Virus record (IMG/VR): IMGVR_UViG_3300042887_004553
Location: 36-64,035 of that record
Reading direction: 5' to 3' (one strand)
Length of the DNA: 64,000 bases
Source: a virus
Lineage: Duplodnaviria; Caudoviricetes
In this document: in pieces, positions 8,968-18,693 of the stretch
Layout of the letters: every line of letters starts with the position of its first letter
How positions within the stretch are numbered: the stretch's first letter is position 1
Notes under the pieces: generated by a model
Seen by the model: the letters and a program-made list of their open reading frames with translations, nothing else
What the model was told of the DNA's origin: nothing
The model's database searches: none
Position numbers and translations under genes: made by a program

Positions 8968-9521
8968 TAGTATTTCGTAACCTTGGTGGCAAAGGATGCC
9001 GCTATGCTTTGGCTTGTGGTTGATGAAATTATAATGGAATAGGTGTATGGGTTGGGACTACCTGGATTTACTGCTGATGATAGGAATAAAGCCCAATTCA
9101 TTAATGATGCACCCTTGTCTATTGGAGATACATTGATGTCATTGATCAAAATGCTTGAAATCTCGCTATTGAAATCAGTTTTACCGTAAAACGCATTGGC
9201 ATTTACGGTAATTGTATTTGGATAAACCTCGAACAACCTAGGATAATTGGCTGTTAGTGCATCTATTCTGAGGCTGACAGCACTTAACACGTTTGTACTT
9301 AAAGTCTGAAAACCCGCATCAACAGATGCTGACATTGACATCGATCTAGAACACAATGTTGCAATTATATTATAAAAGGAAACATTATTGGGTCCAATTA
9401 CGAAATCGGCAAAATCGATTATATTTGTGCCAGTTTCATTTTCTACAATCAAATAATTTCCTTCAATTATTTCTTCTAATTGAGGCAATTCTTTAACTTT
9501 TTTTGTATTGTATAATGACAT
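8964..9521 (-). CDS. Putative small tail-fibre/baseplate appendage protein
   Basis: N-terminal KVKELPQLEEIIEGNYLIV anchor-like motif shared with fibre proteins. Confidence 0.55.
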   Translation of the reverse strand: MSLYNTKKVKELPQLEEIIEGNYLIVENETGTNIIDFADFVIGPNNVSFYNIIATLCSRSMSMSASVDAGFQTLSTNVLSAVSLRIDALTANYPRLFEVYPNTITVNANAFYGKTDFNSEISSILINDINVSPIDKGASLMNWALFLSSAVNPGSPNPYTYSIIISSTTSQSIAASFATKVTKYY

Positions 9522-9522
9522 T

Positions 9523-9897
9523 TTAGTGATTTACGGTTAAAATTCTTTTCCAATCTTTACTATTTATAGTTCCAACTGAAACAAAATAATCTTTCGTATT
9601 AGCCGCAAAGTACATTATACCAACTCTGTCTGGTATGAATATTCCTGAAGGAGATACGCCCCCACTTAAAAGTGTCGTTGTAGTGGCAGATAAAGAATAT
9701 AGATCCAAACTGAGTTTGTCTTGATTGGCCGATAAATTTATAAAATCAGAATAAAATGAAACCTGAGTACCAGACAATACGACAGAACTAAAAGAAACTA
9801 TTTGAGTTCCTAAAATTTTATTATCAATTAGAAGTAAATCGCTTATATCGACTTTATCTGCTCTCGTAAGTGTTCTGATATTAATTCCATCTGGCAT
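9523..9897 (-). CDS. Putative small tail-fibre/baseplate appendage protein
   Basis: INIRTLT...SDLLLID anchor-like motif; TAAATA 6 nt upstream. Confidence 0.55.
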   Translation of the reverse strand: MPDGINIRTLTRADKVDISDLLLIDNKILGTQIVSFSSVVLSGTQVSFYSDFINLSANQDKLSLDLYSLSATTTTLLSGGVSPSGIFIPDRVGIMYFAANTKDYFVSVGTINSKDWKRILTVNH

Positions 9898-9925
9898 TTG
9901 AATTATTTATTATTTGGGATAAGAT
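9898..9925 (+). promoter_or_regulatory. Sigma70-type promoter, 7 nt before ATG
   Basis: TTGAAT-N16-TAAGAT-N7-ATG. Confidence 0.55.
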
Positions 9926-9932
9926 ATACAAG

Positions 9933-10727
9933 ATGATTTTTCTAGGAATAATTACTTGCAATAGATCGAAATTCTTTAAACAATGTTACGAATCTGTTAA
10001 AAATATCAAAAATTTAGATTTTTTGGCAGTTGTAAATGACGGTGAAGAGGACATTGATGTTGAAAAAAATGTGTTTTATGTTAAAAATAAAAAAAATATA
10101 GGAGTTGGTAAAAGTAAAAACATACTATTTAAAAAGGCCATAGAAGTAGGTGCCGATCATATTTTCATAATGGAAGATGATATAATAGTAAAAAATTCAG
10201 ATGTTTTCAGCGAATACATTAGAGCCAAAAACATAACAGGAATACAACATTTTTGCTTCGCATATCATGGACCAGCTAACAAGAATGGGATTTCTGGAGG
10301 AAAACCAGCACCTAAATTCATAATCGACTACGGTGACATTAAGTTATCTATCAATACTCACAGTGTTGGTGCATTCTGTTATTATTCTAAAGAAGTATTA
10401 AATAAAGTGGGTATAATCGACGAAAAGTTTGTAAATGCATTTGAGCACGTTGAGCACTCTTACAGAATAGCCAAAGCTGGATATACTACACCATATTGGA
10501 ATTGGTCTGATCTTGCCAATAGCACAAATTACTTAGATGAAATCGAATGTTCCGAGAAAAGCAGCACAATACGTCCAAGAAAAGATTGGCAGAAAAACAT
10601 TGAAAATGCCGCATTGTATTTTAAGGAAAAACATGGCGTTTTACCAGCATGGCAAAACTGTGTTCCAAACACATCCGAGGCAGATGTAAAGAATATAATG
10701 AAAGAAATCTTTAAGAAGAAGAAATAG
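9933..10727 (+). CDS. Glycosyltransferase family 2
   Basis: GIITCNR, VVNDG, NIGVGKSKN, FIMEDD, FEHVEHSYR motifs. Confidence 0.85.
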   Translation: MIFLGIITCNRSKFFKQCYESVKNIKNLDFLAVVNDGEEDIDVEKNVFYVKNKKNIGVGKSKNILFKKAIEVGADHIFIMEDDIIVKNSDVFSEYIRAKNITGIQHFCFAYHGPANKNGISGGKPAPKFIIDYGDIKLSINTHSVGAFCYYSKEVLNKVGIIDEKFVNAFEHVEHSYRIAKAGYTTPYWNWSDLANSTNYLDEIECSEKSSTIRPRKDWQKNIENAALYFKEKHGVLPAWQNCVPNTSEADVKNIMKEIFKKKK

Positions 10728-11622
10728 AACTACCCATCTTTTCAAAAGTATTGTTTTCTGGGTTTATCAACAATAAATTGTCCTTTTTATTTAGGAAGGA
10801 GTTGATTGAACCAGCAATTTTAGTCATTTGAGCACTATGAGTTCCAATTACATACTTACACTGTTTCAATATTTCAACATTTTTAACGAACGTTAAAGTC
10901 TCTTGTTCTTTTAATGATGGATTCCTTAAAACCATCTCAGCATTTGATACTGATTTATCACCATATCGCTTTTCGTCACTATCATATATAAAGTCATAAT
11001 TAGGATACTTGTTTTCAATTTCATATATATAATCCAAGTCATCGCTCGTTACAAAAATTTTCTTACCATCATAAAACTTTTCGACAGTTTCAAATAAGAA
11101 TGACTCCGATAGGTAAGGACTTTCGGTAATTTTATCACCTCTCCTCAAATGCAATGCTAATACATTTCCAAATGTATCAATTTCATATTTTTCTTTTATG
11201 AAACCGATCTGTTCATTGACTTTAGAGGTGTAGTTATCATTTAATTTAAAAAGATTGTATAAGAATCCTGAATAACTCAAATAATCGACCTCTTGCGGAT
11301 GCCAGCATTGATATTTTTGCATATTTGGACTATTCCAATATGCACCAAAATCAAAAAATACGGCAACATCTTCTGAGTCCGTAAAATTAAACTTACTTAT
11401 TTCATTAATGCCTTTTTCCTTTAAGGTATTTAAATTCACATCAAACGCTTTAAAGGGGTCATCATAAATATAAGATGTATATCTGAAAATGGGTATACGA
11501 TTGAAAGCATGAGCTATTTGCATTATTAACTTTCTTCTAGCATACATGGCCCCAAAACCACCCCATTCAATATCTCCTATAATATACTTTTCTAATTTAT
11601 TTGAAAAAATGTCGTAATTCAT
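10711..11622 (-). CDS. Alpha-1,6-fucosyltransferase-like (GT23/NodZ-FUT8 type)
   Basis: LALHLRRGDK, IFVTSDD and VIGTHSAQM motifs. Confidence 0.7.
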   Translation of the reverse strand: MNYDIFSNKLEKYIIGDIEWGGFGAMYARRKLIMQIAHAFNRIPIFRYTSYIYDDPFKAFDVNLNTLKEKGINEISKFNFTDSEDVAVFFDFGAYWNSPNMQKYQCWHPQEVDYLSYSGFLYNLFKLNDNYTSKVNEQIGFIKEKYEIDTFGNVLALHLRRGDKITESPYLSESFLFETVEKFYDGKKIFVTSDDLDYIYEIENKYPNYDFIYDSDEKRYGDKSVSNAEMVLRNPSLKEQETLTFVKNVEILKQCKYVIGTHSAQMTKIAGSINSFLNKKDNLLLINPENNTFEKMGSSISSS

Positions 11623-11631
11623 TGTACTAAT

Positions 11632-11659
11632 ATTTTAGTTTTCAACACATCGATGTCAA
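11632..11659 (-). promoter_or_regulatory. Sigma70-type promoter
   Basis: TTGACA-N16-TAAAAT-N9-ATG on the minus strand. Confidence 0.7.
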
Positions 11660-11695
11660 TTTGATTTTTATAATATAATAAATAAATAAAAAAAT

Positions 11696-12364
11696 ATGAG
11701 TTTTATTGAAGAATGTACTGGAGCATGTGATTGGGATAATTTAATTTTGAGCAGATTTCAAGAATTTGTTCCAGAAAATAGTATTGTCGTTGATATCGGA
11801 GCTAATCATGGCATTTTTTCATTTGGTATAAATGAAAAGATGCAAATAAAAGAGATATATGCAATAGAACCAGATTTGGAAAATTTTAATATTTTAAAAT
11901 CTAAAACAAGTCATGATTCGAATATTAAATTGATCAATGCCGCAATTTCAGATAAAAATGGTAAAGTTGATATATACGAAGGTAATGGTGACCATGCAAC
12001 TAGAAACATTCTTGGAAATGACTCTTTGAACACCAATTTTACGATAAAACACATCAAAAGAGGAACAGTTGATTGTGCAACATTGGATTTTATTTTTTTA
12101 GAAAAATTAAAAATTCAACCAAATGCATGTAAAATAGATACTGAAGGAGCTGAAACATTGGTTCTTAGAGGTGCTAAGAATTTAATTGAAAAAATGGATT
12201 GTCTTTTTGTAGAAATACACAACGAAACAACATATAAAGAAGTTATAGAAATGTGTTTTGAAAATAAGTGGGAAGTTAGATGTTTAAAAAATCTACACAA
12301 GATAACAACACTGGATGAATTGGATTATTGTTATCAGATTATAATTCACCCACAAGGTCTATGA
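11696..12364 (+). CDS. FkbM-family SAM methyltransferase
   Basis: VVDIGANHGIFS, AIEPD, KIDTEGAE motifs. Confidence 0.9.
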   Translation: MSFIEECTGACDWDNLILSRFQEFVPENSIVVDIGANHGIFSFGINEKMQIKEIYAIEPDLENFNILKSKTSHDSNIKLINAAISDKNGKVDIYEGNGDHATRNILGNDSLNTNFTIKHIKRGTVDCATLDFIFLEKLKIQPNACKIDTEGAETLVLRGAKNLIEKMDCLFVEIHNETTYKEVIEMCFENKWEVRCLKNLHKITTLDELDYCYQIIIHPQGL

Positions 12365-13226
12365 TTTTAGATGTGACTTTATCTAAGGTGAAATATTGAT
12401 TATATATTTCCCTACCTTTTCTTACCATAGATTGAATATCTTCTTCTGTTTTAGATAGAAGAATGTCTTTTAATTTATCAATATCATCTACATTTAATAC
12501 GATTGCGAAATCGTTGTAATTTATTTCATTGGAAAATGGTAAATATGGCTCATTGTCGTAAACGTAAACTGGAATAGAACCCATTTGCAATGCCTCATAA
12601 AAACGATAGCTCTGTTTACCGTAACCTCTAGCACATATGGTGAAGATTGATTTTTTAATGATATCGACATAGGATTCAAACTCTGTTTTATTGACATCAT
12701 ACTTCCAAGTTTTAGATGACACATAAAAAACATTGTGTTTTTGACAATATTCTACAACTTTCTCCCTAACAGAGTGAGTATTAGATGCGACGAAACTACA
12801 GAGTATGTTCTTTTTTGATTCAGATAAGACGCTAGAAGGCATCTTAGAACAGATTAAAGGTATGGGGATGCCCTTGGCGTAATTTCCCCCCGCTGAGTAT
12901 ACGTCTATGTCTAGAAAATCAACATTTTCCATGGGAGCATCATCATGTTGACAGACTGTGAAATATTTTTTATCTTTCGGTATAGTATTTAAATAACATT
13001 TAATTACTGGATTAACATATCCATGTATCCAATTTCTCTGATACATGTTGGTCCAAAAAATGGGTAGATAATATCTAGAATATTCTTTATCTAAACAATT
13101 TTTAATAAAGAAATCACAAAAAAATTCCTCAAGATATAGACCCTGATGATAACACGGATATGGTGTTAATGGATATTTTATTCTTAAGTACGTTGTATCA
13201 AATAGTATTTTTTCTTGAAATTTCAC
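12339..13226 (-). CDS. Exostosin-family glycosyltransferase (GT47)
   Basis: SIFTICARGYGKQSYRFYEALQMGSIPV...LPFSNEINY. Confidence 0.85.
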   Translation of the reverse strand: MKFQEKILFDTTYLRIKYPLTPYPCYHQGLYLEEFFCDFFIKNCLDKEYSRYYLPIFWTNMYQRNWIHGYVNPVIKCYLNTIPKDKKYFTVCQHDDAPMENVDFLDIDVYSAGGNYAKGIPIPLICSKMPSSVLSESKKNILCSFVASNTHSVREKVVEYCQKHNVFYVSSKTWKYDVNKTEFESYVDIIKKSIFTICARGYGKQSYRFYEALQMGSIPVYVYDNEPYLPFSNEINYNDFAIVLNVDDIDKLKDILLSKTEEDIQSMVRKGREIYNQYFTLDKVTSKIIDLVGEL

Positions 13227-13872
13227 TCTTTATATAATCTAATAATTTTAATTTGTTTTCGATCCCACCAACCCAATTACCATGATGCATCAATATCCCA
13301 CTGGGAATATTGTCATATTTTTCAAATCTCCAAAGATCATTCCCAGTATTATACGCTATAGTGTAATATTTGTCTTCGGGTAAAATTGACCAATTTAATT
13401 TATTTTTTAAATAATTAAATGCGTACTGATCGTGCTCAAAATAGTGTATGATCTTTAATGTGTCTTTGAAGACGTTTAAAGTTTTATCGTTACAATTTAT
13501 GATCATGAATCCAGCACATAAAATTACATTTTCTGGACATTTGGGAGTGTCATTCTGAGCATATATGTCTACCTTTTTATCATTATATTTAAAAATATCT
13601 TCTTCGAAACCCTCAAAGAATTGAACATCTACATCTGAATAAATTATAAACTCACCCATGTTATCTTCTATTGCCTTAATAACCATTCTGACCTTATCGG
13701 CCATAGTTTCACGGAAACCCTTTTCACCATATTCTCCTTTTTCGCCTATTTGTTCGCTTTCACATAAATGAAGTGAGAATTTTTTATTTTTATTAATTTC
13801 TCTATATGAAGGTAAAAAGAAACGATCAAAGAATACTTTATGTGATTTTGTAATTAAAGTGTATATTTTCAT
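13198..13872 (-). CDS. Nucleotide-diphospho-sugar transferase (GT77-like)
   Basis: IIYSDVDVQFF, CAGFMII, DQYAFN, HHGNW motifs. Confidence 0.8.
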   Translation of the reverse strand: MKIYTLITKSHKVFFDRFFLPSYREINKNKKFSLHLCESEQIGEKGEYGEKGFRETMADKVRMVIKAIEDNMGEFIIYSDVDVQFFEGFEEDIFKYNDKKVDIYAQNDTPKCPENVILCAGFMIINCNDKTLNVFKDTLKIIHYFEHDQYAFNYLKNKLNWSILPEDKYYTIAYNTGNDLWRFEKYDNIPSGILMHHGNWVGGIENKLKLLDYIKSEISRKNTI

Positions 13873-14780
13873 AATAAAGTTTCTATGTGTTTTGCAAAAG
13901 AACTAGAGGATAGGTATTTTAACCATAATTCTCTACATCTTTTCTGTCTTTCGATTAAATCATATTTAGCACAGTATTCCATTATTTTTTCTGGTAATTT
14001 ATCCAACTCATTTTCCTCAACAAATACTATTTCATTCTTATAATCTATTAAGTTTTCAAATGGTAAAACGCAATCTGTATTTACAAAAACAGGTATTCTA
14101 CCAAAACACATTGTTTCGTAAAAACGATAAGAAAAATTACCACAACCCCTGGGAGTTAAAATAAAAATGTTTTCTTGTAAATTTTTAAAAAATCTATCTC
14201 TTCCAGTTTTTTTATCTTCATATGGATTTTGAAAAAATGAAAAAATCTCATCATGATTGACTTTAATATTGGATTTCTTCAATATACTCAATGCTTCCTT
14301 TCGAATCGGTCTATTGCTGTCTCCACAAAATCCAACAGAGACATTATTGGAAAAGCCTTTAGAGTGCTGATTTATATCTGGTACAAAAACTGGAAAGGCG
14401 AATTCATTTGACTTTCTTTGAGAAGCATAAAATGATGTTCTAAAAAGAACAATATCGTCTGGAATATTATAATCTCCACCAAAATCATCATTATTTAAAC
14501 ATATTAACCTTTTACCATAGTGTCTAGATTTATCCAAAAGTTCAAGGAACCTATCTTCCTTTGAATCTTTAAATTTAAAAGGTAATGCGAAATAATCGCA
14601 ATTTACCTCATCAGCATATTCCAACCCTTCGATGTTGTCGAAAATACCAGATTCCCAAAAACGATTATCGTTTATGTGATTTTGAGCCTGTTGAGAAAGG
14701 AGAGGATATGTGAAAAAAAGTTCAGTGACTAATTCCAGATCCTCTCGTTTTACTTTAGTTTTATCTACGTAAATTTTCAT
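13869..14780 (-). CDS. Exostosin-family glycosyltransferase (GT47)
   Basis: FILTPRGCGNFSYRFYETMCFGRIPV...LPFENLIDY. Confidence 0.85.
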   Translation of the reverse strand: MKIYVDKTKVKREDLELVTELFFTYPLLSQQAQNHINDNRFWESGIFDNIEGLEYADEVNCDYFALPFKFKDSKEDRFLELLDKSRHYGKRLICLNNDDFGGDYNIPDDIVLFRTSFYASQRKSNEFAFPVFVPDINQHSKGFSNNVSVGFCGDSNRPIRKEALSILKKSNIKVNHDEIFSFFQNPYEDKKTGRDRFFKNLQENIFILTPRGCGNFSYRFYETMCFGRIPVFVNTDCVLPFENLIDYKNEIVFVEENELDKLPEKIMEYCAKYDLIERQKRCRELWLKYLSSSSFAKHIETLL

Positions 14781-15574
14781 ATGAAATATTTTTTTTCCAA
14801 TTCTTCTTCATTTGGGAAAGGTGTCCAATAATTAGCACCCTCTCTTTTCAAAAGCACTTCAAACAGATACTTGTGCCAAGTATCACAGTCTGGCTTATTG
14901 ATATTCCACAATAAATTTTTATTATAATCAAGCTCAGGTGATTGATGCGAGGAGATTTCTTCGTGCATTATATGAAAAAGCATAGGAGGCCATTTATTAC
15001 AAAAATCACAATTTCCATATTTTTTCATTTTTGTAGCATAATCCACATCCCAACCACTAATTGCATATATGTATTTTGGAAATTTATCTCTATGTTCTTT
15101 CCACCATTTTGTTTTAACAGCATATGCATCAAATCCAGCTATTTGATAATGTGAAATTTCTTTTGGTTGTTCATCTAAAGATTTTATATCACTTATAGCT
15201 AATCTAGCGGCACAATATGTATCGAAGTCTGTATTTAGGATATGTTTAATGAAACGATCAGATACAATGATATCTGAATTTACAAATATAAAAACATCAA
15301 TCTCATTTTTATCAGAATAATCACACAATGAATCGAACATATCGTTAATCATCGGTAAATCCCTCTTGCTACCATTAGTGTAATATGAACTTTTTTCCTT
15401 TAATACTGGGAGGAATGTTATGTTATCATCATGTTCCTTACATTTACTGTTAATGAAATCTAAATTTAACAATGTTAAATTAAACTGATCTTTCAATTTC
15501 AAAAGGCTTTTTTGAGATATTTTTATCCTTTCATTTAAGGGATAGTGTAAATTGAAACCTATTGCTATTTTCAC
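14777..15574 (-). CDS. Putative GT-A fold glycosyltransferase
   Basis: FIFVNSDIIV (DxD-like), GFDAY, FHIMHE; within GT operon. Confidence 0.6.
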   Translation of the reverse strand: MKIAIGFNLHYPLNERIKISQKSLLKLKDQFNLTLLNLDFINSKCKEHDDNITFLPVLKEKSSYYTNGSKRDLPMINDMFDSLCDYSDKNEIDVFIFVNSDIIVSDRFIKHILNTDFDTYCAARLAISDIKSLDEQPKEISHYQIAGFDAYAVKTKWWKEHRDKFPKYIYAISGWDVDYATKMKKYGNCDFCNKWPPMLFHIMHEEISSHQSPELDYNKNLLWNINKPDCDTWHKYLFEVLLKREGANYWTPFPNEEELEKKYFI

Positions 15575-15580
15575 AAGTAT

Positions 15581-15608
15581 ATCTTATCGACAAGTTTCTT
15601 TATTTCAA
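15581..15608 (-). promoter_or_regulatory. Sigma70-type promoter of the GT operon
   Basis: TTGAAA-N16-TAAGAT-N6-GTG on the minus strand. Confidence 0.6.
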
Positions 15609-16211
15609 ATTCAAAACGAAGAAATAATCATTATGTGTACCATCCCAATTTGGATTATTTTGTAGATTGAAATCCGTGACATTTTCAACGCAATCGTATC
15701 CTAAATTTTTCAAAAAAGTAAAAATATCATCCCTATCCTTTTCATATATCTCTATAAGCATATATTTTATTATTGTCTTTGTGAAATTTATACCCTTTAA
15801 AACATCAAATTCATATCCCTCAACATCTAATGATAAAAAATCAATATTATTATAACCAGATTCCTCGATTATTGACTGTAAGGTTCTAGCTGGAACTGTT
15901 ATTAATTCGTGTTTAACGCCTATGTCACTCAATCTAGTTCCTAAAATTGAAGACATTGGGTGTCCTGTGAAATCTCCTTGAATTGTGAGGTTTTTATATT
16001 CTGGTGAAACACATGCACAGTTAAAAATCTTATCATTGGGTCTATTAATCAAACAGGCATCATACCCTTTAGGTGACGGTTCAATCAATATGCCTTTCCA
16101 ATTTAGTTCATCTTGAAGACGTTTTGTATTTGACCAATGGTGTCCATCCAAAGCTCCTAATTCTATGTATATGCCATCCCTGTAATTTAATGTGTCCGTG
16201 TAAACTCCCAT
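15600..16211 (-). CDS. FkbM-family SAM methyltransferase
   Basis: YIELGALDG...WKGILIEP; LSLDVEGYE; TAAATA 7 nt upstream. Confidence 0.9.
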   Translation of the reverse strand: MGVYTDTLNYRDGIYIELGALDGHHWSNTKRLQDELNWKGILIEPSPKGYDACLINRPNDKIFNCACVSPEYKNLTIQGDFTGHPMSSILGTRLSDIGVKHELITVPARTLQSIIEESGYNNIDFLSLDVEGYEFDVLKGINFTKTIIKYMLIEIYEKDRDDIFTFLKNLGYDCVENVTDFNLQNNPNWDGTHNDYFFVLNLK

Positions 16212-16248
16212 GTTTTTTTATTTAATGTGTATTAAATAAAAAACAACT

Positions 16249-16866
16249 TTAAACACAACTTTCAATTAATTTGGCTTCGGACTCTCTTCTTTCAAGTAAA
16301 CCATCTAACCCTTTACCAATCCAAATGCGTTTCATATTACGGAATTCTTTTGCAATTTTTTTATAATCCTTTTTAGGTATTAAATTCTTAATATTCACCA
16401 TTTCTTTTCTAGACTCACCTTTAAGGCTAGTGCCTCTGTTAAATACTAAGGAAATAATAGCACCATATGCATCTGAATGTAAATCAGATAAACCTGGAAA
16501 TGTTTTTTCTGCAAGTTTTGTGAATTTAGGCCAAGTTAGTTTTTGAAAAATATCTAATGCCATATCCCAATCAACAGTAATTCCAGCTGATCTCAATTTT
16601 GAAGCATATTCTTTCCCTCTTTCTCCTGATTTTCCAGATGCCTCTTGTATTAATTTTATTTGTTCTTTTGGAAGAGATGTGAAAATTTCACTCAACTCTT
16701 TTTGAGAATAATACGCACAATCTACTCCAATTGCAATTGTAGGTCCAGAAGCACCTCCAGGCCAAGTAAATTTGGATAGATATTTTTCGTAATACGATTT
16801 GCCTCCACCAACTTCATACTGGAGTAATAGTTTTAATGTTTTATCAGATGGTTTAGATGAGTTCAT
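16249..16866 (-). CDS. Endolysin, lysozyme-fold (pesticin-like muramidase)
   Basis: YEVG...WPGGASGPTIAIGVD; SLVFNRG; GLLERRESEA; last gene of the lysis cassette. Confidence 0.8.
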   Translation of the reverse strand: MNSSKPSDKTLKLLLQYEVGGGKSYYEKYLSKFTWPGGASGPTIAIGVDCAYYSQKELSEIFTSLPKEQIKLIQEASGKSGERGKEYASKLRSAGITVDWDMALDIFQKLTWPKFTKLAEKTFPGLSDLHSDAYGAIISLVFNRGTSLKGESRKEMVNIKNLIPKKDYKKIAKEFRNMKRIWIGKGLDGLLERRESEAKLIESCV

Positions 16867-17284
16867 AGTCGTCTTCTTTAGCATTTGTATGAATAACTGT
16901 TATGTTTTCTGTCTTTTCCGTATGTGTTGTACCTTCCAATGCGGCACTAGATGAACTCCCGTATTTCAAATCCACCACCGCTTGAGCACCAACATAAGTT
17001 GCAATAATAACGGATAATATTTCAATTGTCTTAGAAAATATTGTCACAAAGCCGCTTATCATATCTGGAGCACCCTTTGGTATTAAAAACATTATACCAA
17101 TGCTAGAAAAATAAAAAAACGCAAGTATTATAACAGATGTCAACACTATATAGAATTTTTTGGATTCCATGTGATTTGTTGATTTTAATCTTTTATGATT
17201 TTGGGAAGACGTATTTGGAGGCACTTGATTACTGCTCAGATATGAAATTCCACCCATCACTGCATTTTTTATTAAAGCCATCAT
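16853..17284 (-). CDS. Putative holin (two transmembrane segments)
   Basis: Two hydrophobic helices and acidic tail; directly upstream of the endolysin. Confidence 0.55.
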   Translation of the reverse strand: MMALIKNAVMGGISYLSSNQVPPNTSSQNHKRLKSTNHMESKKFYIVLTSVIILAFFYFSSIGIMFLIPKGAPDMISGFVTIFSKTIEILSVIIATYVGAQAVVDLKYGSSSSAALEGTTHTEKTENITVIHTNAKEDDYELI

Positions 17285-17388
17285 AAAAATAGGCTAGTAA
17301 AAACAACTCCAGATAAAAAACCTATCGTAAAAACGATTTTTGTTGGGTGCTTCCAAAATAATTCAATAATTGTTTCATTTATATTCAT
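17281..17388 (-). CDS. 35-aa single-TM protein (absent from ORF track)
   Basis: MNINETIIELFWKHPTKIVFTIGFLSGVVFTSLFL*; overlaps both neighbours by 4 nt (ATGA coupling). Confidence 0.65.
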   Translation of the reverse strand: MNINETIIELFWKHPTKIVFTIGFLSGVVFTSLFL

Positions 17389-18002
17389 AATATTCCTTTA
17401 ATTCTTAAATATGTTGCTCCACCTATTGCTCCAAGTAACATTACTATAATGATATTTCTACGTAATATTGCAAGATCCTTCTCAACAAGTTTCTTCTGCA
17501 TAATATTTAAATCATTAATCATTTTATCTCTATTTTCCATTTGACGAATCAGTTCATTATCGACCAACTCTTTGGCTTCATATAACCCATCATTATCTCT
17601 TTGTATTTGAGCAAATGTTTCCTTATCTTTTAAAAGACGTTGATACTCTTCAGTGCTAACCACAACAACAGTATCGGATCTGTATTTTTCAGGAATGATT
17701 ACCATCCTTTGTTTATTAACAGGGATTGGATCATGTTTGCTACTAGAACCAATTGTTTCAATGTGTTGTTGAACACTTTTTTGATATATTGATTCTATTT
17801 TTATTCTATTTTTTGGAGGTCTGACTAATCTTGTTGTTTCTGTAACATATTTGTCTGCTAAATCGATCCTAGCGGCTTCCATAGAATCTTTAGAGGCATA
17901 CACGACCTTAGATAATGCCTCAGATTGTTTTTCTGTATATATTGTACATGAAGATGTAAATATGCACAAAATTGTAAAAAACAAGTAACGCAATTTATTC
18001 AT
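17385..18002 (-). CDS. Putative unimolecular spanin (lipoprotein with C-terminal TM)
   Basis: Signal MNKLRYLFFTILCIFTSS-C (lipobox-like); coiled coil; C-terminal IIIVMLLGAIGGATYL followed by RIK. Confidence 0.65.
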   Translation of the reverse strand: MNKLRYLFFTILCIFTSSCTIYTEKQSEALSKVVYASKDSMEAARIDLADKYVTETTRLVRPPKNRIKIESIYQKSVQQHIETIGSSSKHDPIPVNKQRMVIIPEKYRSDTVVVVSTEEYQRLLKDKETFAQIQRDNDGLYEAKELVDNELIRQMENRDKMINDLNIMQKKLVEKDLAILRRNIIIVMLLGAIGGATYLRIKGIL

Positions 18003-18007
18003 ATAAC

Positions 18008-18040
18008 TATTTATATAATTGTGTTAAATATATATAAATA
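18008..18040. promoter_or_regulatory. Divergent late promoters
   Basis: TATAAATA on both strands, each 5 nt from an ATG (18002 minus, 18046 plus). Confidence 0.7.
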
Positions 18041-18045
18041 ATAAC

Positions 18046-18306
18046 ATGGCACAAATCAAATCTTATCAAACAGCGGAAAATGGTAAATTCGTAGAAATAG
18101 TTGGAAATACACAATATCCAGCGGTTTCTGTGGTCAGGTGGTCTTATCCAGATACTTCAGACGCATTTCCAGAAAACACAGGATTACCAGCGGTTAGTTC
18201 AGTTGATATATATTCAAAATACGCTGTTTTAGTGGAACCAGTTGGTTTAATGGCACAGTTAACTACAATGACAAACGTTCTCTGTGCTATTTTATTGAAA
18301 CCCTAA
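18046..18306 (+). CDS. Hypothetical protein
   Basis: 86 aa; late promoter. Confidence 0.7.
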   Translation: MAQIKSYQTAENGKFVEIVGNTQYPAVSVVRWSYPDTSDAFPENTGLPAVSSVDIYSKYAVLVEPVGLMAQLTTMTNVLCAILLKP

Positions 18307-18312
18307 TATAAA

Positions 18313-18693
18313 ATGAAATATTACTGGCAACCAGACATTGATAATTGGGTTATTAAAGAAAACGATGCATCTATTTCAAATAGCACATATGCTGGAGATA
18401 AAATGGCTGCTGGTTCCAATGCAAGCTTTACTGGTGGTATTCCTATAAAATCACAAGAAGAGGAACACGATAAATTAGATCAACCATATAAAGGAATAAC
18501 CACGCTATCTAGATTGAAAGAACAAATCAATCAAATACTAGAAGATGCATATGGATTGAGTAAGGTTGATAAGGGGGATAAATCATCCAACCCATACGAG
18601 AAAATTATCAATATATTAGATAATCCAGATTTGAAAACCATGCTGGATATAGCATCTGATGAACTTAAGAAGAAAAATCTTTCTTCTTTTTAA
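18313..18693 (+). CDS. Hypothetical protein
   Basis: 126-aa ORF. Confidence 0.7.
   Translation: MKYYWQPDIDNWVIKENDASISNSTYAGDKMAAGSNASFTGGIPIKSQEEEHDKLDQPYKGITTLSRLKEQINQILEDAYGLSKVDKGDKSSNPYEKIINILDNPDLKTMLDIASDELKKKNLSSF

Noticed and set aside
17278-17284. Met-Met start of the holin as a dual-start holin/antiholin switch
   Set aside because: There is no charged residue between the two Mets; the first ATG is explained by overlap with the upstream stop
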